Assembly: GCA_043803945.1 (NCBI GenBank)
Contig: JAZDJN010000087.1
Location: forward strand, 192,001-256,000
Length of the DNA: 64,000 nucleotides
Reading direction: 5' to 3'
DNA from: a bacterium
GTDB taxonomy: Bacteria > Bacteroidota > Ignavibacteria > UBA10030
Below are positions 18,331 to 27,483 of the stretch, piece by piece; position 1 is the stretch's first letter; every line of letters begins with the position of its first letter. A program made the translations under genes and the position numbers. The notes beneath the pieces were generated by a model. That model saw only the letters and a program-made list of their open reading frames with translations, was not told the DNA's origin and made no database searches.

Positions 18331-21300
18331 GTTATGTGCCGCTGCCAATTCGTTTCGATTATTGGTCACAACGACACTTCAAGAAGATTCGACTCAACTC
18401 TCTTAAACAAATCGTCGAGTGATTCTTGAATCTTGATTGTCTCTGCGATTGCGGTAACGACATTTGCGTATGTTGTTATCTCCTCGGATGAGAGCATCCT
18501 GCCCTTGCGGTCTTTCAGCCACTTCTCAGCAACCTGATAACCTCCGATGTGATACTCCCATACTTCGGATGGTACGCCCGCAAAATACTTTTCAGGATTG
18601 ATGTAGACACGATGCTTCTTTTCATCGTAGGACACCTTAACGACTCGCAAGTCGCCAGAGCCCTCACACTTGGCAATCGGTTTATTAAGTTTCTTGGATT
18701 TGAGCAAGTGCAACTCAACGAGTTGCTCACCTTTGTCAGCGAGTTTCTGGAAGAGCTTGTAATCCTTTGTAAATGGAACGCGAGGGAACTCGGACTTCAA
18801 GAGTCCACCATATTTTTTGCGATAAGCGTTCGAGTAAAGGACTCCATAGATGTAGTTGAAGATGTCTTCAGGGATTGGCTGATTTTTGTACGCCAGTTTA
18901 AGAGATTCTTTGAGTTTCGGTGCAAAATTGGTGACGCGGTATTTTGCACCGTACGGAACCTCCGGTTCAAAAAGCATCATTGTCAAACCACTACTTCGTT
19001 TCTTCTTAGTCGTGTCTTGATATAAATACAGAGGAAAGAAATAGGAACGTTCCTTTGTCTCAGGTGATACAACACAGTCATTAATAATAAATTCAGAACA
19101 TAGAACATGTTGGAAAGTCTTGTTCACAAACCGGTTTGTTATTAAACCAACATTTTTCCTTTCAACAAAATTCGACATCACTTCTCTTCTTCCACGCTCT
19201 ATCATTGCGTCATGATAGAATAGATGTCGGACATCAAAAGGACGGTATAGAATTTTTTCAAAGTATTGGTCTATCTCTCCTTCGTCAGAAAGTGTTTTGC
19301 GCGCTTCCTTGCTTTTCCATGCTCCAGTATCATTGAGCTTGAACGCCTTACCGAGTAGATCATCATCAAACGAGCTTGTTATAAATTGCCGGATGCGGTT
19401 CTTCAAACTTTTTTCATCAAAATCAATTACAAAATGATCCCTCGCCGTAACAATTCCTACACTATTCACCGGAAATATGGCAGGTATACTTGGATATGAT
19501 TGAAATCGTTTGGTTAACCTCTCATCTCTCGGGACAAAAAAGTAAAAGGGTGAAATCGGTTTGAGTTCAGTCCATTTGACTTTCTTGAGATCAAGCTTCA
19601 ACAATTGTTCATATTTCTTCTCTCTTAATCCCCAAAGCTCGCTATGCCTCACAGCCTTTTGCTTTACCTTTTTTTGTTTAACAAATAAAGCTATTGCAAC
19701 ACCTTGCTGTATATCAAAAACATTTTCGTCTTTTGAACCGTCTGGTGCTTTCTCTTTCTTGAGTGAATTGCCGTGAAGGTCAAGTATGTAGATTTCATCA
19801 AACGAAGTCATTAACGATTGACGCATACCCCGAAATGTGGGGTTATCAAGGTAACTGTGGTTTGTGATGAAGCCGAGAACACCCTCGCCAACCTGATCGA
19901 TCTTCCACTGCGCAAACCTAATGAACTTGACATAGTCATCTTGGAGCCACTTTGGATTCTTCTCTCCGAGAGGCTTCCCGTCAATTGTTTTGTAATTCTC
20001 AATCTGTTGTGTAATCCAATCGCCCTTGTTCGTTGACTGACCTGAATAAGGAGGATTTCCGAGGATAACAAGAACCGGTTTATCCCTCTTAACTTTGCCT
20101 GCAAGGTGCGATTCCTCGGAGAGGGAAGCCATCCCGGGAAGTGATGTTTGGGTAAGCTCCTCCATTTCGAGTGTATTGGTGAGATAGAATTGGAAACGCT
20201 CGTCACCGGAGAGCTTATACCCAAGTTCCTCCAAGAGATATCCCATCTTTAGATGGCCCGCTGCATACGGAGCCATCATAAGCTCAAAGGCAAAGAAATG
20301 TGGCAAAATGTGGTCTTCAATGAATTTCGCTTTTGCGCCTTCACCATACTTGGCGACAAACTCTTGCACGGCGAGTTTAACAGCCTCGGCAATAAAGGTG
20401 AGTGTACCGCCAGCAGGATCGAGAACGGTCACCGAATGAGAAGCAAAACCATCTTTTCGTCCGAATAGTTCCTTAAGAATGATGTTGAGCGAGCGAACGA
20501 TATAGGAGACGCCGGGCTCAGGCGTATAGTAAACGCCTCGACGCTCACGTTCTTGCGGATTGTAATCCGAAAGAAAGGTCTCGTAGAAGTGGAAAATGGG
20601 ATCGGTTCCTTTGCCTTCCTTAAAGTACTGATGAAGAATGTTCTTGACATCAGCAACGGCGAGGACTTCGGCAATATCGTCGACGGTGGCTTGCAGTTGA
20701 TCGGGTGGGTCGAAGGAAATGAAATGAAAAATATCTCTGAGAATGCCAATAGTCTTTGGAATAAGATCGTAAGCAAGTTTACGATTGAATGCTCCATTCG
20801 CCCGGGTTCTCGCAGCAAAGAGACCGTAAGTTATTGTTTGCGCGTAGAGGTCGGCGAATTCATCGGGCTTCAGGTTTGGAATAAGATGTTTTTGGAATGC
20901 CTCATAGAAACCAAGAATCTTCCTCCCGCCTGCACCGGAAGCCTCTCGAAGTTCCTCTTTGATGATCTGATCTCTAAGGAAGCGAGTCCGTGTAGCAAGC
21001 TCTTTGGCAAGACTTTCGGCGGTAAACTTTGGCGGTAGAGAAAACTGAAAGAACTTTTCCAGCAATGCAAAGAATTCTGCGGTGTGCTCAACCGGTGGAA
21101 TTGTTTTGAGCTTTATCGGAATGTATGGCCGGGCAAGAAGAACATTATCTACACGCTGTCCGTTGCGGTAAAGACGGAACTCATAAAAGTTTGTAAGAAT
21201 GAGATTAGGGAACGTTTTTATGTAACGCTTAAGTTGCTCTGAGGTTTCAATGTCATCAAGGTTTGTGTTCGGCGCTTTTGCTTCAACATAGCCAACTTGA

Positions 21301-21552
21301 GAATGTTTGCCATCCCAAACTCGGAAATCGGGATTACCAGCCTCGGTCTTCTTCGGAAGGACGGTGACGTGAACTTTCTTGTGCCTCTCGGTTTCCGAAA
21401 ACTGTTCAAGGAGCTCGGCAAGGGCAGAATAGTAGGATTCCTCACGGGCATCGCCACGTTTGGTGCTGGATGCTATTTTGTTGATGTATGTCTCGATCAT
21501 TCTCTTTCCGTTTGGGAATTGAAGTTAATCAGAACGAGCAGTTGTACATAAC
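18331..21552. mobile_element. Possible gene-cassette-like unit carrying the R-M gene, bounded by 15-bp imperfect inverted repeats
   Basis: gttatgtgccgctgc (18331-18345) matches the reverse complement of gcagttgtacataac (21538-21552) at 12/15 positions; GTT...AAC termini. Confidence 0.35.
18366..21500 (-). CDS. Fused restriction endonuclease/N6-adenine methyltransferase (type IIG/IIL-like, type ISP-like C-terminal specificity domain)
   Basis: N-terminal PDFRV..GYVEAK (PD-(D/E)xK), GVYYTP, VLDPAGGT (motif I), GNPPY (motif IV), YRPFD, and WEYHIGGYQVAEKWLKDRKGR at the C-terminus. No helicase motifs seen. Confidence 0.88.
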   Translation of the reverse strand: MIETYINKIASSTKRGDAREESYYSALAELLEQFSETERHKKVHVTVLPKKTEAGNPDFRVWDGKHSQVGYVEAKAPNTNLDDIETSEQLKRYIKTFPNLILTNFYEFRLYRNGQRVDNVLLARPYIPIKLKTIPPVEHTAEFFALLEKFFQFSLPPKFTAESLAKELATRTRFLRDQIIKEELREASGAGGRKILGFYEAFQKHLIPNLKPDEFADLYAQTITYGLFAARTRANGAFNRKLAYDLIPKTIGILRDIFHFISFDPPDQLQATVDDIAEVLAVADVKNILHQYFKEGKGTDPIFHFYETFLSDYNPQERERRGVYYTPEPGVSYIVRSLNIILKELFGRKDGFASHSVTVLDPAGGTLTFIAEAVKLAVQEFVAKYGEGAKAKFIEDHILPHFFAFELMMAPYAAGHLKMGYLLEELGYKLSGDERFQFYLTNTLEMEELTQTSLPGMASLSEESHLAGKVKRDKPVLVILGNPPYSGQSTNKGDWITQQIENYKTIDGKPLGEKNPKWLQDDYVKFIRFAQWKIDQVGEGVLGFITNHSYLDNPTFRGMRQSLMTSFDEIYILDLHGNSLKKEKAPDGSKDENVFDIQQGVAIALFVKQKKVKQKAVRHSELWGLREKKYEQLLKLDLKKVKWTELKPISPFYFFVPRDERLTKRFQSYPSIPAIFPVNSVGIVTARDHFVIDFDEKSLKNRIRQFITSSFDDDLLGKAFKLNDTGAWKSKEARKTLSDEGEIDQYFEKILYRPFDVRHLFYHDAMIERGRREVMSNFVERKNVGLITNRFVNKTFQHVLCSEFIINDCVVSPETKERSYFFPLYLYQDTTKKKRSSGLTMMLFEPEVPYGAKYRVTNFAPKLKESLKLAYKNQPIPEDIFNYIYGVLYSNAYRKKYGGLLKSEFPRVPFTKDYKLFQKLADKGEQLVELHLLKSKKLNKPIAKCEGSGDLRVVKVSYDEKKHRVYINPEKYFAGVPSEVWEYHIGGYQVAEKWLKDRKGRMLSSEEITTYANVVTAIAETIKIQESLDDLFKRVESNLLEVSL

Positions 21553-21613
21553 TTCAAGATAAAAGCACGGTAGCATCCACGGCTCTCATAATAGTACTGA
21601 TTGAGTATCAAAC

Positions 21614-21649
21614 AAGAAGCCCGTTGAGTACAACTCAGGTGGGCTTCTT
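21614..21649 (-). terminator. Probable intrinsic terminator after the C69 peptidase operon
   Basis: aagaagccc...gggcttctt 9-bp stem with an inner tgag/ctca pair, 19 bp beyond the stop at 21668. Confidence 0.6.
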
Positions 21650-21667
21650 TCTTCAATAGAACTAATA

Positions 21668-23314
21668 TTAAAATCCCCGACTGAACATACTCCAGAACTG
21701 GTCCCCAAGCTCCCACCAACGTTCCATTGTTGCCCGTGCGAAGTCATTGGTGTACCGGGTGACATATTCCCGTGCTTTCTTGTGCCCTTCCGGTGAGTTA
21801 TCAGCTTTGAGAAGATATTGAACTTTCTTCTCCAGCATCGGCAGATCATCAAAACCTTTTTCTTCATATTCCATTATGGATTTTTCCAGGATATCGCGGG
21901 TCTGCCCCCAGCGAACCTGAGCAAGCCGGTTGGCCCTTCTGAACCACCAGCCGGCAGCATCGGTGCGGAATTTTTTCTGCATGCAAATCTCGAAACTCTT
22001 CGGCAGCTCAAGTGCTCCCGAGAAAATTGGTATACGCGGACTCTGCGCAGGATTGTCGAATGAGAACCACGCAACAGCGCCAATCTCTTCCGGCAGCCAG
22101 TCACGGCACTGGATTATCTGTGAGTACGAGCAGCCGGTAATCGCGATTGTGCGTTTTGCCTCAATGGTTCCCGGCTTCAGGGTATTGATCAAGCGGATTA
22201 AATCATAATTCATCCAGGGCTGGGCTGCCGTACTTTTTACCATCTCTTGTTTTTCACCCTCTTTTGGCTGTTGCCCGCGCGGCGCCATTTTCAGCACCAG
22301 AAGGTTCTTCATCGCATCGAGATCGGTGCCTTCATAGGTGTTCCGATAGAACTTGATAACATCGCGGACCGAAACTTTCTTCTCCGGCTTTACAAAGAAG
22401 GGAAGTTCTTCTGCATCCAGGCTGAGATTGAGTGATGGTGCAAATGTGCTGAGAATAAAGAACTCGCGAGTGGAAAATGGTTTCCGTCCGCTGTAAGCTT
22501 TCCAGAATTTAAACGGTTCCTTCTCCGAATCCCACCAGCCCATTTCCTTCGCCAGGGAATGTACATTCTTCGAAGCCATGTAGTAATTCGAGTCCTCGAG
22601 TTTCAATTCGCTGATGCGGGGAATATTTGCCGAGACACCGACGTGATCGTCGGGAATGCGCACGGCAGCCCAGACTGCGCCAACCTGTGTTGGCCCGGCT
22701 CCCATAATTTCAAAGTGCCACACCTCTTTGGTATCGGCAACAGTCAGGCATTCGCCCGAATCACCATAACCATATTGCTCAGCCAGGCTTCCCATTAGCT
22801 TGATGGCATCACGCGCTGTGGAGCAGCGCTCAAGAGCGATGGCTTGAAGTTCTTCAATGAGGAAGAGGCCGTCACCGTTTTCTAATTCCTGCCGGCCGCC
22901 GATGGTTGTTTCACCGAACGCCAGTTGTTTTTCATTCAAACATGGGTAGGCAGTATTCAGATAGGAATATGTCTCTTCAACCTGGGGAATATCTCCTTTC
23001 AGGATTTTCCGCGCCATATCGTTTGGTGTTTCCGTATGAAGATTGCCCCACCAGATTTGCCGTTTTGCACCCTTGTCATATTTTTTGTGAGGAATGACAT
23101 TAAGCCACGTACGATAATTCCCATCGCACGAATGGCAGGTAATAACAGAACCGTCCGTCGTTGCCAACTTCCCCACCATGATACTGGTACAGCTTTCAAG
23201 TTTCTCTTCACGGCTCATGACATCCTGTGCCGTGGCTATTGACCACAGTACAACAAGCAGTACCGACTGCAGAAGAATAAACCGACGCAGCGTTAGTTCA
23301 ACCGTTCGCTTCAT
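21668..23314 (-). CDS. Peptidase C69 family dipeptidase (Ntn hydrolase), secreted
   Basis: Signal peptide, then ESCTSIMVGKLATTDGS (N-terminal Cys nucleophile), LNEKQLAFGETT, ALERCSTARDAI. Confidence 0.9.
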   Translation of the reverse strand: MKRTVELTLRRFILLQSVLLVVLWSIATAQDVMSREEKLESCTSIMVGKLATTDGSVITCHSCDGNYRTWLNVIPHKKYDKGAKRQIWWGNLHTETPNDMARKILKGDIPQVEETYSYLNTAYPCLNEKQLAFGETTIGGRQELENGDGLFLIEELQAIALERCSTARDAIKLMGSLAEQYGYGDSGECLTVADTKEVWHFEIMGAGPTQVGAVWAAVRIPDDHVGVSANIPRISELKLEDSNYYMASKNVHSLAKEMGWWDSEKEPFKFWKAYSGRKPFSTREFFILSTFAPSLNLSLDAEELPFFVKPEKKVSVRDVIKFYRNTYEGTDLDAMKNLLVLKMAPRGQQPKEGEKQEMVKSTAAQPWMNYDLIRLINTLKPGTIEAKRTIAITGCSYSQIIQCRDWLPEEIGAVAWFSFDNPAQSPRIPIFSGALELPKSFEICMQKKFRTDAAGWWFRRANRLAQVRWGQTRDILEKSIMEYEEKGFDDLPMLEKKVQYLLKADNSPEGHKKAREYVTRYTNDFARATMERWWELGDQFWSMFSRGF

Positions 23315-23441
23315 ATACAGATTCCTTTCAATAAAAATGAATAGTCAGTAATATATTCCGTTGTTCTCATCTCTCATTGATCTTCATACCCGCGATCTGC
23401 CGGTGTATAGTTTTGAAGAGTCTATGACCGGTATAACACTT

Positions 23442-24617
23442 TTACTCATACAATAGTTGTTTTGAATTCACCGTCGCCGGATTCTTAAGATAGAACCCGA
23501 CACCGTTCTTGATCACATCAGCATAGCGGGGCACATCGATGCACTCCAATGGCTTGTCCGGATGGAGTTCCGTCCAGTTCGTCATTGTTTGCAATACCGC
23601 TGAAGTGTGCCGCCCGACCCGCACAGCGATCGGCCATCCGTTCTCATCGATTTTCTCAAACAACAGTCCATGCTCCCCGGCTTTTCTGACAAAATCATCT
23701 TTCCCTGTGAGCAGTTGTTCAACTGTCGTTCTTCCACGCGTGGCATCGAGAAAGGGCTCTGGAGCCTCAAAGAGGAGCGAGGCTGCTTGTGAGTGATCTC
23801 CTATCTCGCGATGCGATAAGCCATGGAGATTCTTCGGTGAGAACTCCATGCCCATTTTAAATCCTTCCATATCCGTCAGCATCATTGAAACAAGTGTGGC
23901 GAGATCTTGCCCCTTCTCATGGGCCACGATGGTGCTGATAACGGGATACTGCAACTCTGCTTCATGAAGATCGATGACCAGATCGACATTCTCTTTCTTG
24001 ATCATCTCAATCATTGCATAGCAGGTCTTTTCCGTCAATGTCCCGTTTACTCTTCCCGGCCAGCAGCGATTGAGATTGCGAACATCCATATACGCCAGGT
24101 ATTGGCCGCTCGGATAATGGATATAGACTTCCGGATCGGGCCATTGATCCAGGGCATTCGACCAGCGATCGCCCATGCGAAAGCGCTGTCCGCCCCAGGA
24201 GGTGGGAATTGTAAACTCGGGAGGGTATGCCCCGCCAAACCGCGTCGCCGTCGATCCACTTCGATTAGCTGTAGGGATCACAATCAGCCGGCCCTTCTGC
24301 ATCGTTGCATGTTCTGCAAAGAGCCACGCGGCAAGCCGGCCGGCCGGTTCTTCGGGGTGCGTTCCGCCAATCAGAAGCAGTGTTGCGCCCGGCTCTTTCC
24401 CTTCAAAGAAATAAATATTGCAATCGTTTATCGTGCCTACGATATCGGTGAAATAGCTTCCCAGCTTCTTCACCGATGTGACCCCATCGCTTGCAACCAG
24501 CGGCTCCTGGAGATTTCTGCTTTGATAGAAATCAATCCCCGCGAACACAAAGACGAGAAGGCCAAGCAGGATAATGATGGTTTTTCTGACTCCGATGTAT
24601 TGTTCTCTCATGGCCAT
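23442..24617 (-). CDS. Succinylglutamate desuccinylase/aspartoacylase family (M14-like) protein
   Basis: GGTHPEE, RNLNRCWPG and IDLHEA zinc-carboxypeptidase motifs; N-terminal TM anchor. Confidence 0.85.
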   Translation of the reverse strand: MAMREQYIGVRKTIIILLGLLVFVFAGIDFYQSRNLQEPLVASDGVTSVKKLGSYFTDIVGTINDCNIYFFEGKEPGATLLLIGGTHPEEPAGRLAAWLFAEHATMQKGRLIVIPTANRSGSTATRFGGAYPPEFTIPTSWGGQRFRMGDRWSNALDQWPDPEVYIHYPSGQYLAYMDVRNLNRCWPGRVNGTLTEKTCYAMIEMIKKENVDLVIDLHEAELQYPVISTIVAHEKGQDLATLVSMMLTDMEGFKMGMEFSPKNLHGLSHREIGDHSQAASLLFEAPEPFLDATRGRTTVEQLLTGKDDFVRKAGEHGLLFEKIDENGWPIAVRVGRHTSAVLQTMTNWTELHPDKPLECIDVPRYADVIKNGVGFYLKNPATVNSKQLLYE

Positions 24618-24620
24618 TTC

Positions 24621-24785
24621 TCATTTGAGTCGGAATAATCGCAGGAGAAAGGGAAGGATAACAATGACGCAAAGGATTTCTTTTTCCCATGATTTATCCC
24701 TCAACATGTTGGAGACCATCAAGACAACCGCATATGCAACCAGCGCATAGTACAGGATGGTAATTACTGTCGTTAGAATATCCAT
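24621..24785 (-). CDS. Small 54-aa two-TM membrane protein (not in ORF track)
   Basis: MDILTTVITILYYALVAYAVVLMVSNMLRDKSWEKEILCVIVILPFLLRLFRLK*. AAGGGA RBS-like sequence upstream; stop 3 bp before the next gene. Confidence 0.75.
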   Translation of the reverse strand: MDILTTVITILYYALVAYAVVLMVSNMLRDKSWEKEILCVIVILPFLLRLFRLK

Positions 24786-24846
24786 GTCATTTCCCTTGAT
24801 ACATGATTTCGCATCGCTCGTGGATACAGTTCTACAATTCCCGGAC

Positions 24847-26139
24847 TCACCATTCCGTCAAGAATGCCAGCTTGCTGCTAAAGATCACCATCAATGTCCC
24901 CATGATTGCTATGATCACGGCGGGGACAATGCAGGTTTTCAGAAACTTCATATATGATTCCTTATGGCCAACCACATCAACGGTCAATCGGCCAATGATT
25001 GCTGTGGGCGGCAGCGCATCGCCAAGCGGCCAGATGATGCTCATTCCGGCCAGCGCAACGATAGGATTCAAACCAATGGTGTTGAACAACAACACTAGTG
25101 GCACCCCAATCACCGGAGCCGCTCCCCACATAAGCACGGCTTCGGAAACGGGAAGTAGAAAAAACAAAAGACCAAACACCACACTCACGGGAAGCGTTAC
25201 TGTTGTGATGGCGAGCAATCCCCGCACACCGGTCAGTGTCATCATTTGAACAAGAATACCGACACACGTCAACGTACCGATTAACGGAAGCAATTGATCA
25301 ATCGTCTCCCGTGAAATTTTGAAAAAACTAAGTTTCGAAGGCGAAAGGAAAAAGGAGGCTGCTGCCGCACAGATAAACATGAGGGGAAGGCCGACAATCG
25401 GCGTTGAGTGGGGCCAAAGCCTTCCGATAATCACAAATCCCAGAAAAACGACAAAAGGAATTATCACTCGAATCCAGTTCATTCTCTCCGGCGGCGTGGG
25501 CAATTCAGTAAGTGCCTGTTCAAGATTCGTCGATTCTCCTTTCCACCCGAGAATGAACGTTGTTGCAAGGCTTCCGATGATGCATGGAATCAGGAGCGGC
25601 CAGAAAAACCCGACATACGGCATGTTGACACCTGCAGCAGTCATCATCGCCCAGAGGCTCACCGGCGGGGCGGCAGCACTGAGGCCCGCATTAATAAATA
25701 CGATTGCGGCAACTTTGTGCTTCGGTATCCCCATATAAACCAGCACTGTTGCCACAAGACTGCCGGCGATGAGTACTGTGACACTGCCGGCACCCGTTAA
25801 TGCCCCGGGAATAAGCAGGATAATCGTCAGAAGTATCAGGAGAATCGCTCTGTGCTTGAAAAACCGGGAGAGAATCCTTCTTACCACAAACAACACACCG
25901 CCCGATTCTTTCAGGATATTCATGAAAAGCGTCGCGGTGATAAAAATGAGATTGATGTCGAGGTATGTTATGGCACCTTCGGCAATGTGCCGCGGCGGAA
26001 CACCAAAGCCTCCTGCAAGGCCGCCGGCGATGGCAGCCGCAACCATCGAGAGTTCGGCTGAGACCTTGAACACCTTGGCAATGATATAGACAACTATCAT
26101 AACGCCAAGAATAATTTGAGTAGAGGTAAACAGATCCAT
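24847..26139 (-). CDS. TRAP DctM-like / ion-transporter superfamily large permease
   Basis: 430 aa, ~11-12 TM; PGALTGAG, AAPPVS, GDALPPTA. Confidence 0.75.
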   Translation of the reverse strand: MDLFTSTQIILGVMIVVYIIAKVFKVSAELSMVAAAIAGGLAGGFGVPPRHIAEGAITYLDINLIFITATLFMNILKESGGVLFVVRRILSRFFKHRAILLILLTIILLIPGALTGAGSVTVLIAGSLVATVLVYMGIPKHKVAAIVFINAGLSAAAPPVSLWAMMTAAGVNMPYVGFFWPLLIPCIIGSLATTFILGWKGESTNLEQALTELPTPPERMNWIRVIIPFVVFLGFVIIGRLWPHSTPIVGLPLMFICAAAASFFLSPSKLSFFKISRETIDQLLPLIGTLTCVGILVQMMTLTGVRGLLAITTVTLPVSVVFGLLFFLLPVSEAVLMWGAAPVIGVPLVLLFNTIGLNPIVALAGMSIIWPLGDALPPTAIIGRLTVDVVGHKESYMKFLKTCIVPAVIIAIMGTLMVIFSSKLAFLTEW

Positions 26140-26177
26140 TTCGAGTTGTGCCGGGTTTAGTCGTTAATCGATGAACC

Positions 26178-26780
26178 TTATTTCCCAAAGAGCGTTTTCA
26201 TAGCCCCTTCCAATTCGGATACTTTCGTATACGCAACAATCGGGATATTCTTGTTCTGCGCAATTGTTGTAAAACGCCCATCCTGATTTCCTTCCTGACG
26301 AACAAGAAGAACATCGGCAAGCGGGCACACCGCATCAATGCTCAGCTCGTCGGTATTATCACCACCGCCGGCGCCCTGAGCGCGTCGGACCATTCCCTCG
26401 ATATGCGCACCAACAACCTTAATGCCCTGCTTCTTGGCCTCGGCAATCAATTTCCTTGTCCGTTCAATCTCATCCTGAATGGAGACTCCTGCAGCACCCA
26501 TGCCCTTTAAGCTGGATCCCGTGACAATGATCAAGCACTTGTAGGATTTGCCTTCTTTCTTCTTTGCTCCCAGGTCATCGGCCGTCACTTGAGCTGCATA
26601 GGTATGTTCAAGCTTCAACCGAACGGCAAACAATTTTACCTGGAGCGGGCCCGGGCTTTGACCACACGATGTAATCAGCACCGGTGTCTGGAGTTTTGGG
26701 GTTTGTTGTGCCGGAACCGATACCGTTGTTATACAAAGAGTGACAAGAAGGACGATGAAGAGTAGACCAAGGTGTTTCAT
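26178..26780 (-). CDS. Exported DUF6305-like protein
   Basis: Signal peptide from MKHLGL (GGAG RBS); LITSCGQSP, GSSLKGMGAAG, AHIEG..RR, GNQDGRF. Confidence 0.7.
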   Translation of the reverse strand: MKHLGLLFIVLLVTLCITTVSVPAQQTPKLQTPVLITSCGQSPGPLQVKLFAVRLKLEHTYAAQVTADDLGAKKKEGKSYKCLIIVTGSSLKGMGAAGVSIQDEIERTRKLIAEAKKQGIKVVGAHIEGMVRRAQGAGGGDNTDELSIDAVCPLADVLLVRQEGNQDGRFTTIAQNKNIPIVAYTKVSELEGAMKTLFGK

Positions 26781-27040
26781 AATATTCTCCTTAGTAAGAA
26801 TAGTGACAATCTGGTCCGGTAGAACCGGAAAATAGTAAAGACCGACTTGCTTTGCAGATTTTCGTGGCATCCGGTAATTGTCCGATACGGACTTTTTATC
26901 TGACAATTACTTGTTGATATTTAGCAGAAAATATTCTCGAAAGCAACGGTAAGGCTTGAGAAAGAGAGAAATATTGATTCAATACTATATAATTCCTACA
27001 TATTTTCTTCCCAAGGAAGAAGCATCATCGACGAATAAGG

Positions 27041-27421
27041 TTATGGATTTGGATTTTTCGGTATCAAGTGTTCCGGTACCTGTACAGCAACAACTTCACC
27101 CCGTGCACAGAGTACGCCCTTTGCAGAGACCGTCACGCTGGTAATAACTTTTCGCCCCCTCACCTCTTTAACGATGCCCCGGACTTCAAGGGGTACACCG
27201 AGGGGAGTCGGCTTGAGATAATCGACATGCAATGAAGCAGTCAGAAATCGCAACGCCGGAAGTGAATCCATCGCGCGTCCCTCGGAGCGATAGGTCGCCG
27301 CTGCGGCTGTTCCCGTTCCATGGCAATCGATGATCGATGCAATGAATCCGCCGTAGACAAAACCGGGAATTGCCATAAGGAAATTTGTGTGGCTCTTGAC
27401 GATGAGGAAGAGTTTCAACAT
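27041..27421 (-). pseudogene. PaaI/hotdog thioesterase, apparently missing its N-terminus
   Basis: AIPGFVYGGFIASIIDCHGTGTAAA...TASLHVDYLKPTP. Family similarity begins abruptly near 27376. Confidence 0.6.
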
Positions 27422-27483
27422 CTTGCATCACAATTCCTGTTGAACGTATCTGCTGTCGGCCTTCTGTCACTACGGAGAGAAGC

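Noticed and set aside
18366-21500. Full type ISP restriction enzyme
   Set aside because: No SF2 helicase/ATPase motifs are present; it has only nuclease, methyltransferase and specificity regions.
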